Assembly: GCA_051530055.1 (NCBI GenBank)
Contig: CM121342.1
Location: 2,948,797-3,012,796 of the forward strand
Direction of reading: 5' to 3'
DNA length: 64,000 bases
Origin: Neoechinorhynchus agilis
Lineage: Eukaryota > Animalia > Acanthocephala
Shown one piece after another: positions 15,001-28,860 of the stretch (position 1 is its first letter; every line of letters starts with the position of its first letter). Under the pieces are notes generated by a model. The model worked only from the letters and a program-made list of their open reading frames with translations, was not told where the DNA came from and made no database searches. The position numbers and the translations under genes were made by a program.

Positions 15001-18000
15001 AGTACGCAACGTACACGTTCATGTTCGCACACACGCGAATGCGCGTATGCGTTCACTCATGAACACGAACATTCATAAAAGGGCGCGCAAGGAACCGAAT
15101 AAAAACGAACGACACAAACATCAGTACTGTAAAATCAATAAAGTATGTATTTATACTCAATATCATGTCAATGCAATTAATGCGCCCGCATTAGTATAGA
15201 TTATGAACAGCAACTTAAAAGTACGCAACGTACACGTGCATGTTAACAAACACGAATGCGCGTATGCGTTCACACATGAATACCAACATTCATAAAAGGG
15301 CGCGCGCAAGAAACCGAATGAAAACGAACGACATGAACATCAGTACTGTAAAATCAATAAAGTATGCATTTATACTAAATGGCATGTCAATGCAATTAAT
15401 GCACCAGCATTTATATAGATAATTAAGAGCAACTTAAAAGTACGCAACGTACACGTTCATGTTCGCACACACGCGAATGCGCGTATGCGTTCACACATTG
15501 ATGCGAAAATTCATAAAAGGGCGCGCCAAGGAACCGAATAAATACGAACGACATAAACATCAGTACTGTAAAATCAATAAAGTATGTATTTATACTAAAT
15601 GGCATGTCAATGCAATTAATGCACCAGCATTTATATAGATAATTAAGAGCAACTTAAAAGTACGCAACGTACACGTTCATGTTCGAACACACGCGAATGC
15701 GCGTATGCGTTCACACATTGATACGAAAATTAATAGAAGGGCGCGCGCAAGGAACCGAATAAAAACGAACGACAAACATCAGTACTGTAAAATCAATAAA
15801 GTATGTATTTATACTCAATGGCATGTCAATGCAATTAATGTACCCGCATTAGTATAGATTATTAAGCGCAACTTAAAAGTACGCAACGTACACGTTCATG
15901 TTCGCACAAGCGCGAATGCGCGTATGCGTTCACACATTAATACGAACATTCATAAAAGGGCGCGCCAAGGAACCGAATAAAAACGAACGACAAACATCAG
16001 TACTGTAAAATCAATAAAGTATGTATTTATACTCAATATCATGTCAATGCAATTAATGCGCCCGCATTAGTATAGATTATGAACAGCAACTTAAAAGTAC
16101 GCAACGTACACGTGCATGTTAACAAACACGAATGCGCGTATGCGTTCACACATTGATGCGAAAATTAATAAAAGGGCGCGCGCAAGGAACCGAATGAAAA
16201 CGAACGACATGAACATCAGTACTGTAAAATCAATAAAGTATGTATTTATACTAAATGGCTTGTCAATGCAATTAATGCACCAGCATTTATATAGATAATT
16301 AAGAGCAACTTAAAAGTACGCAACGTACACGTTCATGTTCGAACACACGCGAATGCGCGTATGCGTTCACACATTGATGCGAAAATTCATAAAAGGGCGC
16401 GCCAAGGAACCGAATAAATACGAACGACATAAACATCAGTACTGTAAAATCAATAAAGTATGTATTTATACTCAATGGCATGTCAATGCAATTAATGCAC
16501 CAGCATTTATATAGATAATTAAGAGCAACTTAAAAGTACGCAACGTACACGTTCATGTTCGCACACACGCGAATGCGCGTATGCGTTCACTCATGAACAC
16601 GAACATTCATAAAAGGGCGCGCAAGGAACCGAATAAAAACGAACGACACAAACATCAGTACTGTAAAATCAATAAAGTATGTATTTATACTCAATATCAT
16701 GTCAATGCAATTAATGCGCCCGCATTAGTATAGATTATTAACAGCAACTTAAAAGTACGCAACGTACACGTGCATGTTAACAAACACGAATGCGCGTATG
16801 CGTTCACACATGAATACCAACATTCATAAAAGGGTGCGCGCAAGAAACCGAATGAAAACGAACGACATGAACATCAGTACTGTAAAATCAATACAGTATG
16901 CATTTATACTAAATGGCATGTCAATGCAATTAATGCACCAGCATTTATATAGATAATTAAGAGCAACTTAAAAGTACGACACGTACACGTTCATGTACAT
17001 AGACGCGAATGCACGTATGCGTTAACTCATGAACACGAACATTCATAAAAGGGCGCGCGCAAGGAACCGAATGAAAACGAACGACATGAACATCAGTACT
17101 GTAAAATCAATAAAGTATGTATTTATACTAAATGGCATGTCAATGCAATTAATGCACCAGCATTTATATAGATAATTAAGAGCAACTTAAAAGTACGCAA
17201 CGTACACGTTCATGTTCGCACACACGCGAATGCGCGTATGCGTTCACACATTGATACGAAAATTCATAAAAGGGCGCGCGCAAGGAACCGAATAAAAACG
17301 AACGACATAAACATCAGTACTGTAAAATCAATAAAGTATGTATTTATACTCAATATCATGTCAATGCAATTAATGCGCCCGCATTTGTATAGATTATGAA
17401 CAGCAACTTAAAAGTACGCAACGTACACGTGCATGTTAACAAACACGAATGCGCGTATGCGTTCACACATTGATGCGAAAATTAATAAAAGGGCGCGCGC
17501 AAGGAACCGAATGAAAACGAACGACATGAACATCAGTACTGTAAAATCAATAAAGTATGTATTTATACTAAATGGCTTGTCAATGCAATTAATGCACCAG
17601 CATTTATATAGATAATTAAGAGCAACTTAAAAGTACGCAACGTACACGTTCATGTTCGAACACACGCGAATGCGCGTATGCGTTCACACATTGATACGAA
17701 AATTCATAAAAGGGCGCGCGCAAGGAACCGAATAAAAACGAACGACAAACATCAGTACTGTAAAATCAATAAAGTATGTATTTATACTCAATGGCATGTC
17801 AATGCAATTAATGCACCCGCATTAGTATAGATTATTAAGAGCAACTTAAAAGTACGCAACGTACACGTGCATGTTCGCACACACCCGAATGCGCGTATGC
17901 GTTCACACATTGATACGAAAATTCATAAAAGGGCGCGCGCAAGGAACCGAATAAAAACGAACGACATAAACATCAGTACTGTAAAATCAATAAAGTATGC

Positions 18001-21000
18001 ATTTATACTAAATGGCATGTCAATGCAATTAATGCACCAGCATTTATATAGATAATTAAGAGCAACTTAAAAGTACGCAACGTACACGTTCATGTTCGCA
18101 CACGCGCGAATGCGCGTATGCGTTCACACATGAATACGAACATTCATAAAAGGGCGCGCGCAAGGAACCGAATAAAAACGAACGACATAAACATCAGTAC
18201 TGTAAAATCAATAAAGTATGTATTTATACTCAATATCATGTCAATGCAATTAATGCACCCGCATTAGTATAGATTATGAAGAGCAACTTAAAAGTACGCA
18301 ACGTACACGTGCATGTTAACAAACACGAATGCGCGTATGCGTTCACACATGAATACCAACATTCATAAAAGGGCGCGCGCAAGGAACCGAATGAAAACGA
18401 ACGACATGAACATCAGTACTGTAAAATCAATACAGTATGCATTTATACTCAATGGCATGTCAATGCAATTAATGCACCAGCATTTATATAGATAATTAAG
18501 AGCAACTTAAAAGTACGCAACGTACACGTTCATGTACATAGACGCGAATGCGCGTATGCGTTCACACATGAATACGAACATTCATAAAAGGGCGCGCGCA
18601 AGGAACCGAATAAAAACGAACGACATAAACATCAGTACTGTAAAATCAATAAAGTATGTATTTATACTAAATGGCATGTCAATGCAATTAATGCACCAGC
18701 ATTTATATAGATAATTAAGAGCAACTTAAAAGTACGCAACGTACACGTTCATGTTCGCACACGCGCGAATGCGCGTATGCGTTCACACATGAATACGAAC
18801 ATTCATAAAAGGGCGCGCGCAAGGAACCGAATAAAAACGAACGACATAAACATCAGTACTGTAAAATCAATAAAGTATGTATTTATACTCAATATCATGT
18901 CAATGCAATTAATGTACCCGCATTTATATAGATAATTAAGAGCAACTTAAAAGTACGAAACGTACACGTTCATGTTCGCACACTCGCGAATGCGCGTATG
19001 CGTTCACTCCTGAATACGAACATTCATAAAAGGGCGCGCGCAAGGAACCGAATAAAAACGAACGACACAAACATCAGTACTGTAAAATCAATAAAGTATG
19101 CATTTATACTCAATGGCATGTCAATGCAATTAATGCACCCGCATTAGTATAGATTATTAAGAGCAACTTAAAAGTACGCAACGTACACGTTCATGTTCAC
19201 ACACGCGAATGCGCGTATGCGTTCACTCATGAACACGAACATTCATAAAAGGGCGCCGCAAGGAACCGAATAAAACGAACGAATAAACATCAGTACTGTA
19301 AATCAATAAATATGATTTATACTAAATGGCATGTCAATGCAATTAATGCACCAGCATTTATATAGATAATTAAGAGCAACTTAAAAGTACGCAACGTACA
19401 CGTTCATGTTCGCACACGCGCGAATGCGCGTATGCGTTCACACATGAATACGAACATTCATAAAAGGGCGCGCGCAAGGAACCGAATGAAAACGAACGAC
19501 ATGAACATCAGTACTGTAAAATCAATAAAGTATGCATTTATACTCAATGGCATGTCAATGCAATTAATGCACCAGCATTTATATAGATAATTAAGAGCAA
19601 CTTAAAAGTACGCAACGTACACGTTCATGTACACAGACGCGAATGCGCGTATGCGTTCACACATTGATACGAACATTCATAAAAGGGCGCGCGCAAGGAA
19701 CCGAATAAAAACGAACGACATGAACATCAGTACTGTAAAATCAATAAAGTATGTATTTATACTAAATGGCATGTCAATGCAATTAATGCACCAGCATTTA
19801 TATAGATAATTAAGAGCAACTTAAAAGTACGCAACGTACACGTTCATGTTCGCACACACGCGAATGCGCGTATGCGTTCACACATTGATACGAAAATTCA
19901 TAAAAGGGCGCGCGCAAGGAACCGAATAAAAACGAACGACAAACATCAGTACTGTAAAATCAATAAAGTATGTATTTATACTCAATGGCATGTCAATGCA
20001 ATTAATGTACCCGCATTTATATAGATAATTAAGAGCAACTTAAAAGTACGCAACGTACACGTTCATGTTCGCACACTCGCGAATGCGCGTATGCGTTCAC
20101 TCATGAATACGAACATTCATAAAAGGGCGCGCGCAAGGAACCGAATAAAAACGAACGACATAAACATCAGTACTGTAAAATCAATAAAGTATGTATTTAT
20201 ACTCAATGGCATGTCAATGCAATTAATGCACCCGCATTAGTATAGATTATTAAGAGCAACTTAAAAGTACGCAACGTACACGTTCATGTTCACACACGCG
20301 AATGCGCGTATGCGTTCACTCATGAATACGAACATTCATAAAAGGGCGCGCGCAAGGAACCGAATAAAAACGAACGACATAAACATCAGTACTGTAAAAT
20401 CAATAAAGTATGCATTTATACTAAATGGCATGTCAATGCAATTAATGCACCAGCATTTATATAGATAATTAAGAGCAACTTAAAAGTACGCAACGTACAC
20501 GTTCATGTTCACAAACGCGAATGCGCGTATGCGTTCACACATGAATACCAACATTCATAAAAGGGCGCGCGCAAGGAACCGAATGAAAACGAACGACATG
20601 AACATCAGTACTGTAAAATCAATAAAGTATGCATTTATACTCAATGGCATGTCAATGCAATTAATGCACCAGCATTTATATAGATAATTAAGAGCAACTT
20701 AAAAGTACGCAACGTACACGTTCATGTACATAGACGCGAATGCGCGTATGCGTTCACTCATGAATACGAACATTCATAAAAGGGCGCGCGCAAGGAACCG
20801 AATAAAAACGAACGACATGAACATCAGTACTGTAAAATCAATAAAGTATGTATTTATACTAAATGGCATGTCAATGCAATTAATGCACCAGCATTTATAT
20901 AGATAATTAAGAGCAACTTAAAAGTACGCAACGTACACGTTCATGTTCGCACACACGCGAATGCGCGTATGCGTTCACACATTAATACGAAAATTCATAA

Positions 21001-23110
21001 AAGGGCGCGCGCAAGGAACCGAATAAAAACGAACGACAAACATCAGTACTGTAAAATCAATAAAGTATGTATTTATACTCAATGGCATGTCAATGCAATT
21101 AATGCACCCGCATTTATATAGATAATTAAGAGCAACTTAAAAGTACGAAACGTACACGTCATGAATATGATTTATACTAAATGGCATGTCAATGCAATTA
21201 ATGCACCAGCATTTATATAGATATTAAGAGCAACTTAAAAGTACGCAACGTACACGTTCATGTTCGCACACACGCGAATGCGCGTATGCGTTCACACATG
21301 AATACGAACATTCATAAAAGGGCGCGCGCAAGGAACCGAATAAAAACGAACGACATAAACATCAGTACTGTAAAATCAATAAAGTATGTATTTATACTCA
21401 ATATCATGTCAATGCAATTAATGCACCCGCATTTATATAGATAATTAAGAGCAACTTAAAAGTACGCAACGTACACGTTCATGTTCGCACAAACGCGAAT
21501 GCGCGTATGCGTTCACACATTGATACGAACATTCATAAAAGGGCGCGCGCAAGGAACCGAATAAAAACGAACGACATAAACATCAGTACTGTAAAATCAA
21601 TAAAGTATGTATTTATACTAAATGGCATGTCAATGCAATTAATGCACCAGCATTCATATAGATAATTAAGAGCAACTTAAAAGTACGCAACGTACACGTT
21701 CATGTTCGCACACACGCGAATGCGCGTATGCGTTCACACATTGATGCGAAAATTCATAAAAGGGCGCGCCAAGGAACCGAATAAAAACGAACGACATAAA
21801 CATCAGTACTGTAAAATCAATAAAGTATGTATTTATACTCAATGGCATGTCAATGCAATTAATGCACCAGCATTTATATAGATAATTAAGAGCAACTTAA
21901 AAGTACGCAACGTACACGTTCATGTTCGCACACACGCGAATGCGCGTATGCGTTCACTCATGAACACGAACATTCATAAAAGGGCGCGCAAGGAACCGAA
22001 TAAAAACGAACGACATAAACATCAGTACTGTAAAATCAATAAAGTATGTATTTATACTCAATGGCATGTCAATGCAATTAATGCACCAGCATTTATATAG
22101 ATAATTAAGAGCAACTTAAAAGTACGCAACGTACACGTTCATGTTCGCACACACGCGAATGCGCGTATGCGTTCACACATTGATGCGAAAATTCATAAAA
22201 GGGCGCGCGCAAGGAACCGAATAAAAACGAACGACAAACATCAGTACTGTAAAATCAATAAAGTATGTATTTATACTCAATGGCATGTCAATGCAATTAA
22301 TGTACCCGCATTAGTATAGATTATTAAGCGCAACTTAAAAGTACGCAACGTACACGTTCATGTTCGCACACACGCGAATGCGCGTATGCGTTCACTCATG
22401 AACACGAACATTCATAAAAGGGCGCGCCAAGGAACCGAATAAAAACGAACGACAAACATCAGTACTGTAAAATCAATAAAGTATGTATTTATACTCAATG
22501 GCATGTCAATGCAATTAATGTACCCGCATTAGTATAGATTATTAAGCGCAACTTAAAAGTACGCAACGTACACGTTCATGTTCGCACACAGGCGAATGCG
22601 CGTATGCGTTCACTCATGAACACGAACATTCATAAAAGGGCGCGCCAAGGAACCGAATAAAAACGAACGACAAACATCAGTAATGTAAAATCAATAAAGT
22701 ATGTATTTATACTCAATGGCATGTCAATGCAATTAATGTACCCGCATTAGTATAGATTATTAAGACCAACTTAAAAGTACGCAACGTACACGTTCATGTT
22801 CGCACACACGCGAATGCGCGTATGCGTTCACTCCTGAATACGAACATTCATAAAAGGGCGCGCGCAAAGAACCGAATAAAAACGAACGACATAAACATCA
22901 GTACTGTAAAATCAATAAAATATGCATTTATACTAAATGGCATGTCAATGCAATTAATGCACCAGCATTTATATAGATAATTAAGAGCAACTTAAAAGTA
23001 CGAAACGTACACGTTCATGTTCGCACACACGCGAAAGCGCGTATTCGTTCACTCATGAACACGAGCATTCATAAAAGGGCGCGCGCAAGGAACCGAATTA
23101 AGACGAACGA
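1..23110. repeat. 219-bp tandem satellite array (about 105 monomers, truncated by window start), with higher-order repeats
   Basis: Monomer gttcgcacacacgcgaatgcgcgtatgcgttcac...gtacgcaacgtacacgttcat recurs every ~219 bp. Variant monomers recur at 876-bp (14364, 15240, 16116) and ~1295-bp (11802, 13095) spacing. The array decays abruptly near 23100. Confidence 0.98.
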
Positions 23111-23429
23111 GATGGGAACTTTCACGGTTGCACGCGTACATATATGAATATGAACGTATTCTCAATTACATGCAATTGCACATTAGTTTTCAAATTTTTG
23201 CAATTTTTAATATAGTTATTTACACCCGCTTTTTATTTAGAAAGACTTAATGACGTTTCTTTTGCTGTTTGCAATATCAGTAGTTTTAACGTTATTAATT
23301 GACAATTATCAAATGATTAGAGTTGGAAAATACTGTATCCCATTTTTATGCTTCATGGTTCGGTCTTGTTTGTAGAGTTACTCTTCTTTCCTCAAAGCTA
23401 TCATGGTATTGAGGATTGAATTCGATGGA

Positions 23430-23600
23430 ATTCGCGTTAAAGAGAAGAATGTATATTTTTCGACACTGATTTAATCATTGTCAATTCAATCTAAAATAAA
23501 TTGGAGAGGAAATTGTTACAAACGAACCAAATGATTGTTTTCGTTTTGACTCGGGAACAAGGGATCGTCAACGCCGTTAGCGAATACCACCCTCCCTAAA
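23430..23600 (-). mobile_element. Isolated copy of a Penelope-like element terminal region
   Basis: Close match to 41170-41330 (ttaaagagaagaa...tttcgacactgatt...ttgactcgggaac..gggatcgtc), which lies downstream of a GIY-YIG remnant. Confidence 0.55.
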
Positions 23601-23923
23601 AAACACGTTTTTGATTAATTGGTTCATATCTGTTTTTTCGGTGGGCTTTAATTGATTCAATGTCGTTGCATCTTTGAAACGACTTTTACTGTTTTATCAT
23701 GTTTTTTTTAATTTTTTATTTTAAACTTTTACTTTATATTCGGATCCCAAGTAAGCAGGTGGAGAGTACGCGTTGTAGAATTCGTCCTTTTTGGTGCTTT
23801 CTATTGCACAACAAAAAAAGAGAATTAATATCGCTGACATTAGGTCGATGAATTTAAAATGACAGCTCTTTAAAAACCGTTTCTTACAAAACGACGTTTC
23901 GCCACCTAGACCCATCCATAATT

Positions 23924-25033
23924 ATGATGATGAAGACGACAATGTATATGATTCTTATAATATTGCAAACCATCGTTCCTGTTGGATTTACTTACACATG
24001 CAGCGTTATTCCACAAATGGTTGGTACCATCTTTGAGCAGTTGGATAAATGCCCGAATGGTACCGAAACTCTAGTAATTGAAGGATTTGCATGGAGTGAT
24101 ATCCCACAAAATGTTGCTGAGCGTTTTTCGCTCGATACTATCGAGTATGTGAATTCTCCTCCTTCCCACGGGGGAAATTTCAATTTCTCGGGGTTTGACT
24201 CATTGAAATCATTGCGATTATCTAATGTTGGAATCCGGTCATTGGAATTTTATTTACCGTCTACCCTTGAAGCTCTGGATATTTCGAACAACAAGATTCG
24301 CGTACTTTCACCTTCAATTGCTTTAAAAGCAAAAAATATTTTTTATCTTAACGCATTCGATAACCAAATTGAAAGTCTAGAATCATTCAAACTTTTCTCG
24401 AATTTATCGGTTCTTGTGGTTGTTAGCAACAAAATTTCGAGTATCTCAATAGATTTCTCGATGGATTTCTTAAGATTAGTACAGCTTTGGATTTATAACA
24501 ATCCAATTAAGAGTTTGACTTTCACTGTTGGTGAAAAATATTTAATGGACCAAACTCATCTTTCAAGACTACTTTCTCTTTCCGAAATTCATTTTCGATC
24601 CTCAGCATACGATCATGTGATTCCGGTCAAACAAGGTGCAAGCAGCGCGCTGGTCGAACTCTCGTTGTCGTATCTTGGTCCTATTGAGGATGTTCTAAAT
24701 CAAACACGAAAATTAGACAACTTGGTTTGTCTCGAAGTGTTCGACGTGGACCGAATCATTCAACAAACGGAACCTCTATTCGTAGGATCAGTTAGTGTGC
24801 TTCGTATTTCATCAAACCATTTTGAAAAAATCCCTAGCTTTGCGAGAAATAATCTGACTGAACTGTCCATTTGGTCAGATTTTGAAGTTATTGACGATGC
24901 ATTTATGGGTATTGAAATCGGAAACAAGTCAGTTTTCCCGCGTCTTGCCAGCGTTTACTTACATCTTGCAACTTACAATTTATCTGAAGAATATCTGAAT
25001 CAATTACCATCGAATTTAGTACTCTATTCATGA
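23924..25033 (+). CDS. Secreted leucine-rich repeat protein, single exon
   Basis: 369-aa ORF with a hydrophobic N-terminus (MILIILQTIVPVG) and LxxLxLxxNxI repeats (LEALDISNNKIRVL, IFYLNAFDNQIESL, LVQLWIYNNPIKSL). Confidence 0.85.
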   Translation: MMMKTTMYMILIILQTIVPVGFTYTCSVIPQMVGTIFEQLDKCPNGTETLVIEGFAWSDIPQNVAERFSLDTIEYVNSPPSHGGNFNFSGFDSLKSLRLSNVGIRSLEFYLPSTLEALDISNNKIRVLSPSIALKAKNIFYLNAFDNQIESLESFKLFSNLSVLVVVSNKISSISIDFSMDFLRLVQLWIYNNPIKSLTFTVGEKYLMDQTHLSRLLSLSEIHFRSSAYDHVIPVKQGASSALVELSLSYLGPIEDVLNQTRKLDNLVCLEVFDVDRIIQQTEPLFVGSVSVLRISSNHFEKIPSFARNNLTELSIWSDFEVIDDAFMGIEIGNKSVFPRLASVYLHLATYNLSEEYLNQLPSNLVLYS

Positions 25034-25732
25034 TATTTTTCACTGGACTACAGTAAGATAAAAGGATGCCACTTTGAACGTAAGAAAAAATTATCTTTCA
25101 TGATGCTAGACTTCCAACGCGCTCTCCGCTCAAACTTTAAACGAAGAAAATCGTTTACCTTTACACCGATCATTTCAGCGCAGCGCTCCGCGAAGCTCCA
25201 CTAAGCAAACACAGAATTTTTGTCTAATCACTTCTTCGATTTAAGATTTCGGTTTGCTATGTGCCTAAAGGAAAAAGCAGAACCCCTTTATTTTACTTAC
25301 ACACTCGGTGTAACTCGTGATTATTAAATCGTAATCGATTTCGCTTGCTATTATGTTTATACCTAGAAGCCTAAGAGACGGAACAACAAATCAGGATGCT
25401 CTTACCTTTGCTTCTGTTGCATTTGCATAACGCAATCAAAATCTCAAATAGAAGGCGTATTGTATCTTTGTGATTAAGATTGGAATTTATAGGGTTTCAC
25501 ATTTACAGCAATTCGTAACTTTATATTAAGGTCCGAGAAAAGAAGAAATTTTAAACCAAAGTGGATGTTACGCCTACTTTCTTGATCGTTTACTATAATC
25601 TTTTAAGCAACAAAATCTTTGAGATCCTCGACCGCTAAATAATGTGCTAGATTCTAGAGATTTATTTTTCTTTTATCGACAGTTACCTTGGCAACCTGAG
25701 ACACTAATTGTCGACGATAGGTATTAATAAAA

Positions 25733-27797
25733 ATGGATAGACTGGCAAAAAGTATTGCAAAATACTACTCGAAAGTTAATGGATCTTCTCCACGGATGGA
25801 TAATCTTAAGTTGGTTTCAAGTGATGGAAAGGAAATTCTAGTAAATGCAGAATTAATGGCGGTCCACAGTCACTTGTTTAGCCTTGAGCTACAATACTTG
25901 ATAAGTGCAAGGCTGAAACAAAACGATAGCAGCATCAAATTCCCTTTAGTTTGTTCGGAAATCTTAACTACCATTGCCAAACGAATCCGAAACACAAAGT
26001 ATTGCCTTAAAATCTCCGAAGAAAACGCTCTTTCGCTTTTGTTGTTCGTAAATAGATATCGATTCGATAACTTGGTACATGAAGCCATTGGCCAGTTTAG
26101 AAATTCTTTAAACACTCAAAATATTATCAAGAACTATTTAGAAGCCAACCGACACCAAAACGCTAACGTACTGGACACCGTTAACGAATATGTGGGCAAA
26201 AATTTTCACATGATCGTAGAGGATTCTGAAGACCTTTATAGATTAAACGATGAGAACTTTTTGGCGATTATTGGAAATGATCAAGTAGTTTCATTGCGCA
26301 GTTCGATATCTTAGCGGGATTTTTTAATTTCTCTATGGTTTCTCAATCTTTGTTTTTCTACTCATTTTCTTCTTTCATTTTCTAAATAAATCTGAAAATC
26401 TCGCTATGATCTTGAGAATGAGTGCTATTATGCGTTTCCTTTCATTGAACAAAAGACCAAGTGAAGATTTCTTAAAGTTTGTACATGTAGTGTCGCTCCA
26501 TCAAATGTCTTTGTCCGAACTCCAGTCGATTCGATTGCAGGTCGAAAATAACTTCTCCCACAAATCGCTGGATTATGTTGATTACGCAATTAAAAAATTG
26601 GCAAGAGAATATTTTGAACCTAGAAAGGACTTTGATATGCTCATGAATTTTACACTCAATCGACCTACGAATTCGAGATCGATCTTATTGGGCATTCAAC
26701 ACTATACGCTTTACGACGAACGAATTGCTTGCATTTACGATCCTGAGCATTGCGCCTGGTTATCCGTGCCGAATTTTAAACCATTTACGTCTCGGATGAA
26801 ACGAGCTTTTGTCCACGACTCTTGGCTATATCTAATGGATGCAATTTATTGTTATAGGTTTAATTTGGATGATGGGCATGGGGAATTTTTTGGCTTGCCG
26901 GATAATGTTTATTGCGACAATAGTCAATTCATTGACGATGATTTGTTCCTTTACGTTCGGGAAAATAAAGATGGTATGACAAAAGGGTGGTTAAAAATGA
27001 ATTTGGTCACAGGGAACATTACACGATGTAATTAAATGTCTTTGCCCAAAATCAGGAGACTTTAAATTATTTAAATTCTGTAGAATTTGCCTTAAAATAA
27101 GCCTTAGCTTATTACAAAAACGTATTTCGCTTTTATGGTGTAGGAAGTATTTAAATTCGCTATACTCAGTTGTGATTGGTTGAATCTTTCCAAGAAACTT
27201 TCTCAAAAGAAATTTTTTACAATCATCGACGCGGCAAAGACTTTAGGAAGACCAATGAACATCTGCAAGCTTCATGTATTATCAGCCACTGCCAAAGGTT
27301 TCTTATACGTCTTGGGCGAAATATGCAATGGTTTGGAAAATGTAGCATTTGGTTCTACAGTAATGGAGTTTTATGATCCATCCAATGACCAATGGAAGAC
27401 ATGTGCAAATTTTTCGACTGGTAAGAAGATTTTTACTATTTTTGCATCAAACGATAATATCTATTGCGCTTCATATGATTTCGAAAATACTCTAGAAATT
27501 TATGATCACAACAAATCTGAATGGAGTGACTATCCTTTCTCTATTCCGCATGATGTCTATCCTCAAAACCTCTTGGTTTTAGGCTCCACTATAATATTTT
27601 ATGGATGCACATCCAATTCTTTAATGCGTGTTATAACTTATTCAATGGATCTGAACATCGGACAGATTGTGAAACTACCGGAAACGGACATTAAATTCAC
27701 GTCGATCGTTTGTTTAACTGCTGATTTCAAGGAAATTGAAAAAGTCAAGAGAATTCTGTACAGAAACAATGCGGTCGTTCAATATCGACATACTTAA
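25733..27797 (+). CDS. BTB-BACK-Kelch-like protein in three ORF blocks; junctions unresolved
   Basis: BTB motif (LKLVSSDGKEILVNAELMAVHSHLF), BACK-like SAIMRFL...VVSLHQMS, and Kelch-like repeats (IYDPEHCAW, FLYVLGE, FYDPSNDQW, IYDHNKSEW). Confidence 0.8.
26314..26404. mobile_element. Short TA-flanked inverted-repeat element (MITE-like) at Kelch junction 1
   Basis: ta|gcgggatttt ... aaaatctcgc|ta; 9/10 inverted repeat, TA at 26312-13 and 26405-06. Confidence 0.45.
27035..27243. mobile_element. TA-flanked inverted-repeat element at Kelch junction 2
   Basis: ta|aatgtctttgcc ... ggcaaagactt|ta; TA at 27033-34 and 27244-45. Confidence 0.45.
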
Positions 27798-28449
27798 AAC
27801 TTATGAAACTATGTTATTGTTTTATAGATTAAATTCAAGCAGCGCTTAATTCTGTTAAAAAAATCAGTAATTTCAATCATAGAAAAATTATTACGTCGCC
27901 AAGCGTATTTCTTTATGCCAATCAAATTTTATTTATTTCTCTTAATTAAGAACCTTAAATGTTTAATAAATTGTTACGGAAAAAGTATATTTTACATTTA
28001 TACATTGGCGATTAAGATATTATAGGAATACAAATGATTGTTTCAAAATCCCTAAACACCGTGACTTTCTAGGGCAAAGAATCGATATCTCCTTTTCTTC
28101 TAACATTAGTCGTTAACTTTAATTTTAAAAATCAATAAGAAGGAGCCGAGGAAGGAGAGAAGCTCCAATTTTGCGGACGGTGGTGATTGCACGTTTTGTA
28201 GTTTATTATTGTATCCAAAAATAAACTTCATTTGTTAAGTACCGGGGTATATAATTCTAATCAATAAAAAGGCTTTTGAACGCCTATTTTTACTTCATTC
28301 AAAAATAATAATATTATAGTAATATTTTTCAGCATTCAAATTTAAGGTTTTAGCAGAATCAGAAACGACATTATGAGATTACTTTGATTATTTGTTTTGG
28401 TGAAAAGATACTTTTCGTACTTATACTAACTCTGATTTAAGTTGACTAA

Positions 28450-28860
28450 TTTATTACCGATATTTCGACCGGTAATTCCGGCATTATCCAGGTCTGCCAT
28501 CTAAAACACAAACATCATACCGTTATCCTGTATACTTGAGAATAAAGAAAATATCGTCAATATTTCTGTCGTCCAGGAATGAAACTTTTTCTTTAGTCGG
28601 TTGAATAAAAATCCTTTTAAAATTAGAGCGGTCAAGCGGCTTGTTCGGGACACGAATGAGCCCAAGACTGTGATTTCTATTTCTGTCGCGGGTAGAACAC
28701 GAAAACTTCCCAAGTGAACTAGAAGCGAAGTTTGACGCCTCGCCGAGTGTCATTATGCGGCGGATCTCTTCGTCGAACGTAACAACCACCCGGGATACAA
28801 ATTAACTATTTTATTACCGATATTTCGACCGGTAATTCCAACATTATCCAGGTTTATCAT
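28450..28860 (-). repeat. Dispersed ~380-bp repeat family, copy 1
   Basis: Reverse complement is near-identical to 60400-61080. An internal motif (ttattaccgatatttcgaccggtaattcc) occurs at both ends. Partial copies at ~36640-36700 and ~37530-37650. Confidence 0.9.

Noticed and set aside
208-21848. Many 60-115 aa ORFs on both strands
   Set aside because: They are translations of the 219-bp satellite monomer; 219 is a multiple of 3 but stops recur every unit, and there are no protein motifs.
1-23110. CRISPR-like or RNA-gene array
   Set aside because: There are no unique spacers, the context is eukaryotic, and I found no 5S, snRNA, spliced-leader or snoRNA motifs in the monomer on either strand.
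25031-25203. In-frame open stretch after the LRR gene TGA (readthrough)
   Set aside because: The ~56 codons show no LRR, transmembrane or other motif; compatible with chance.
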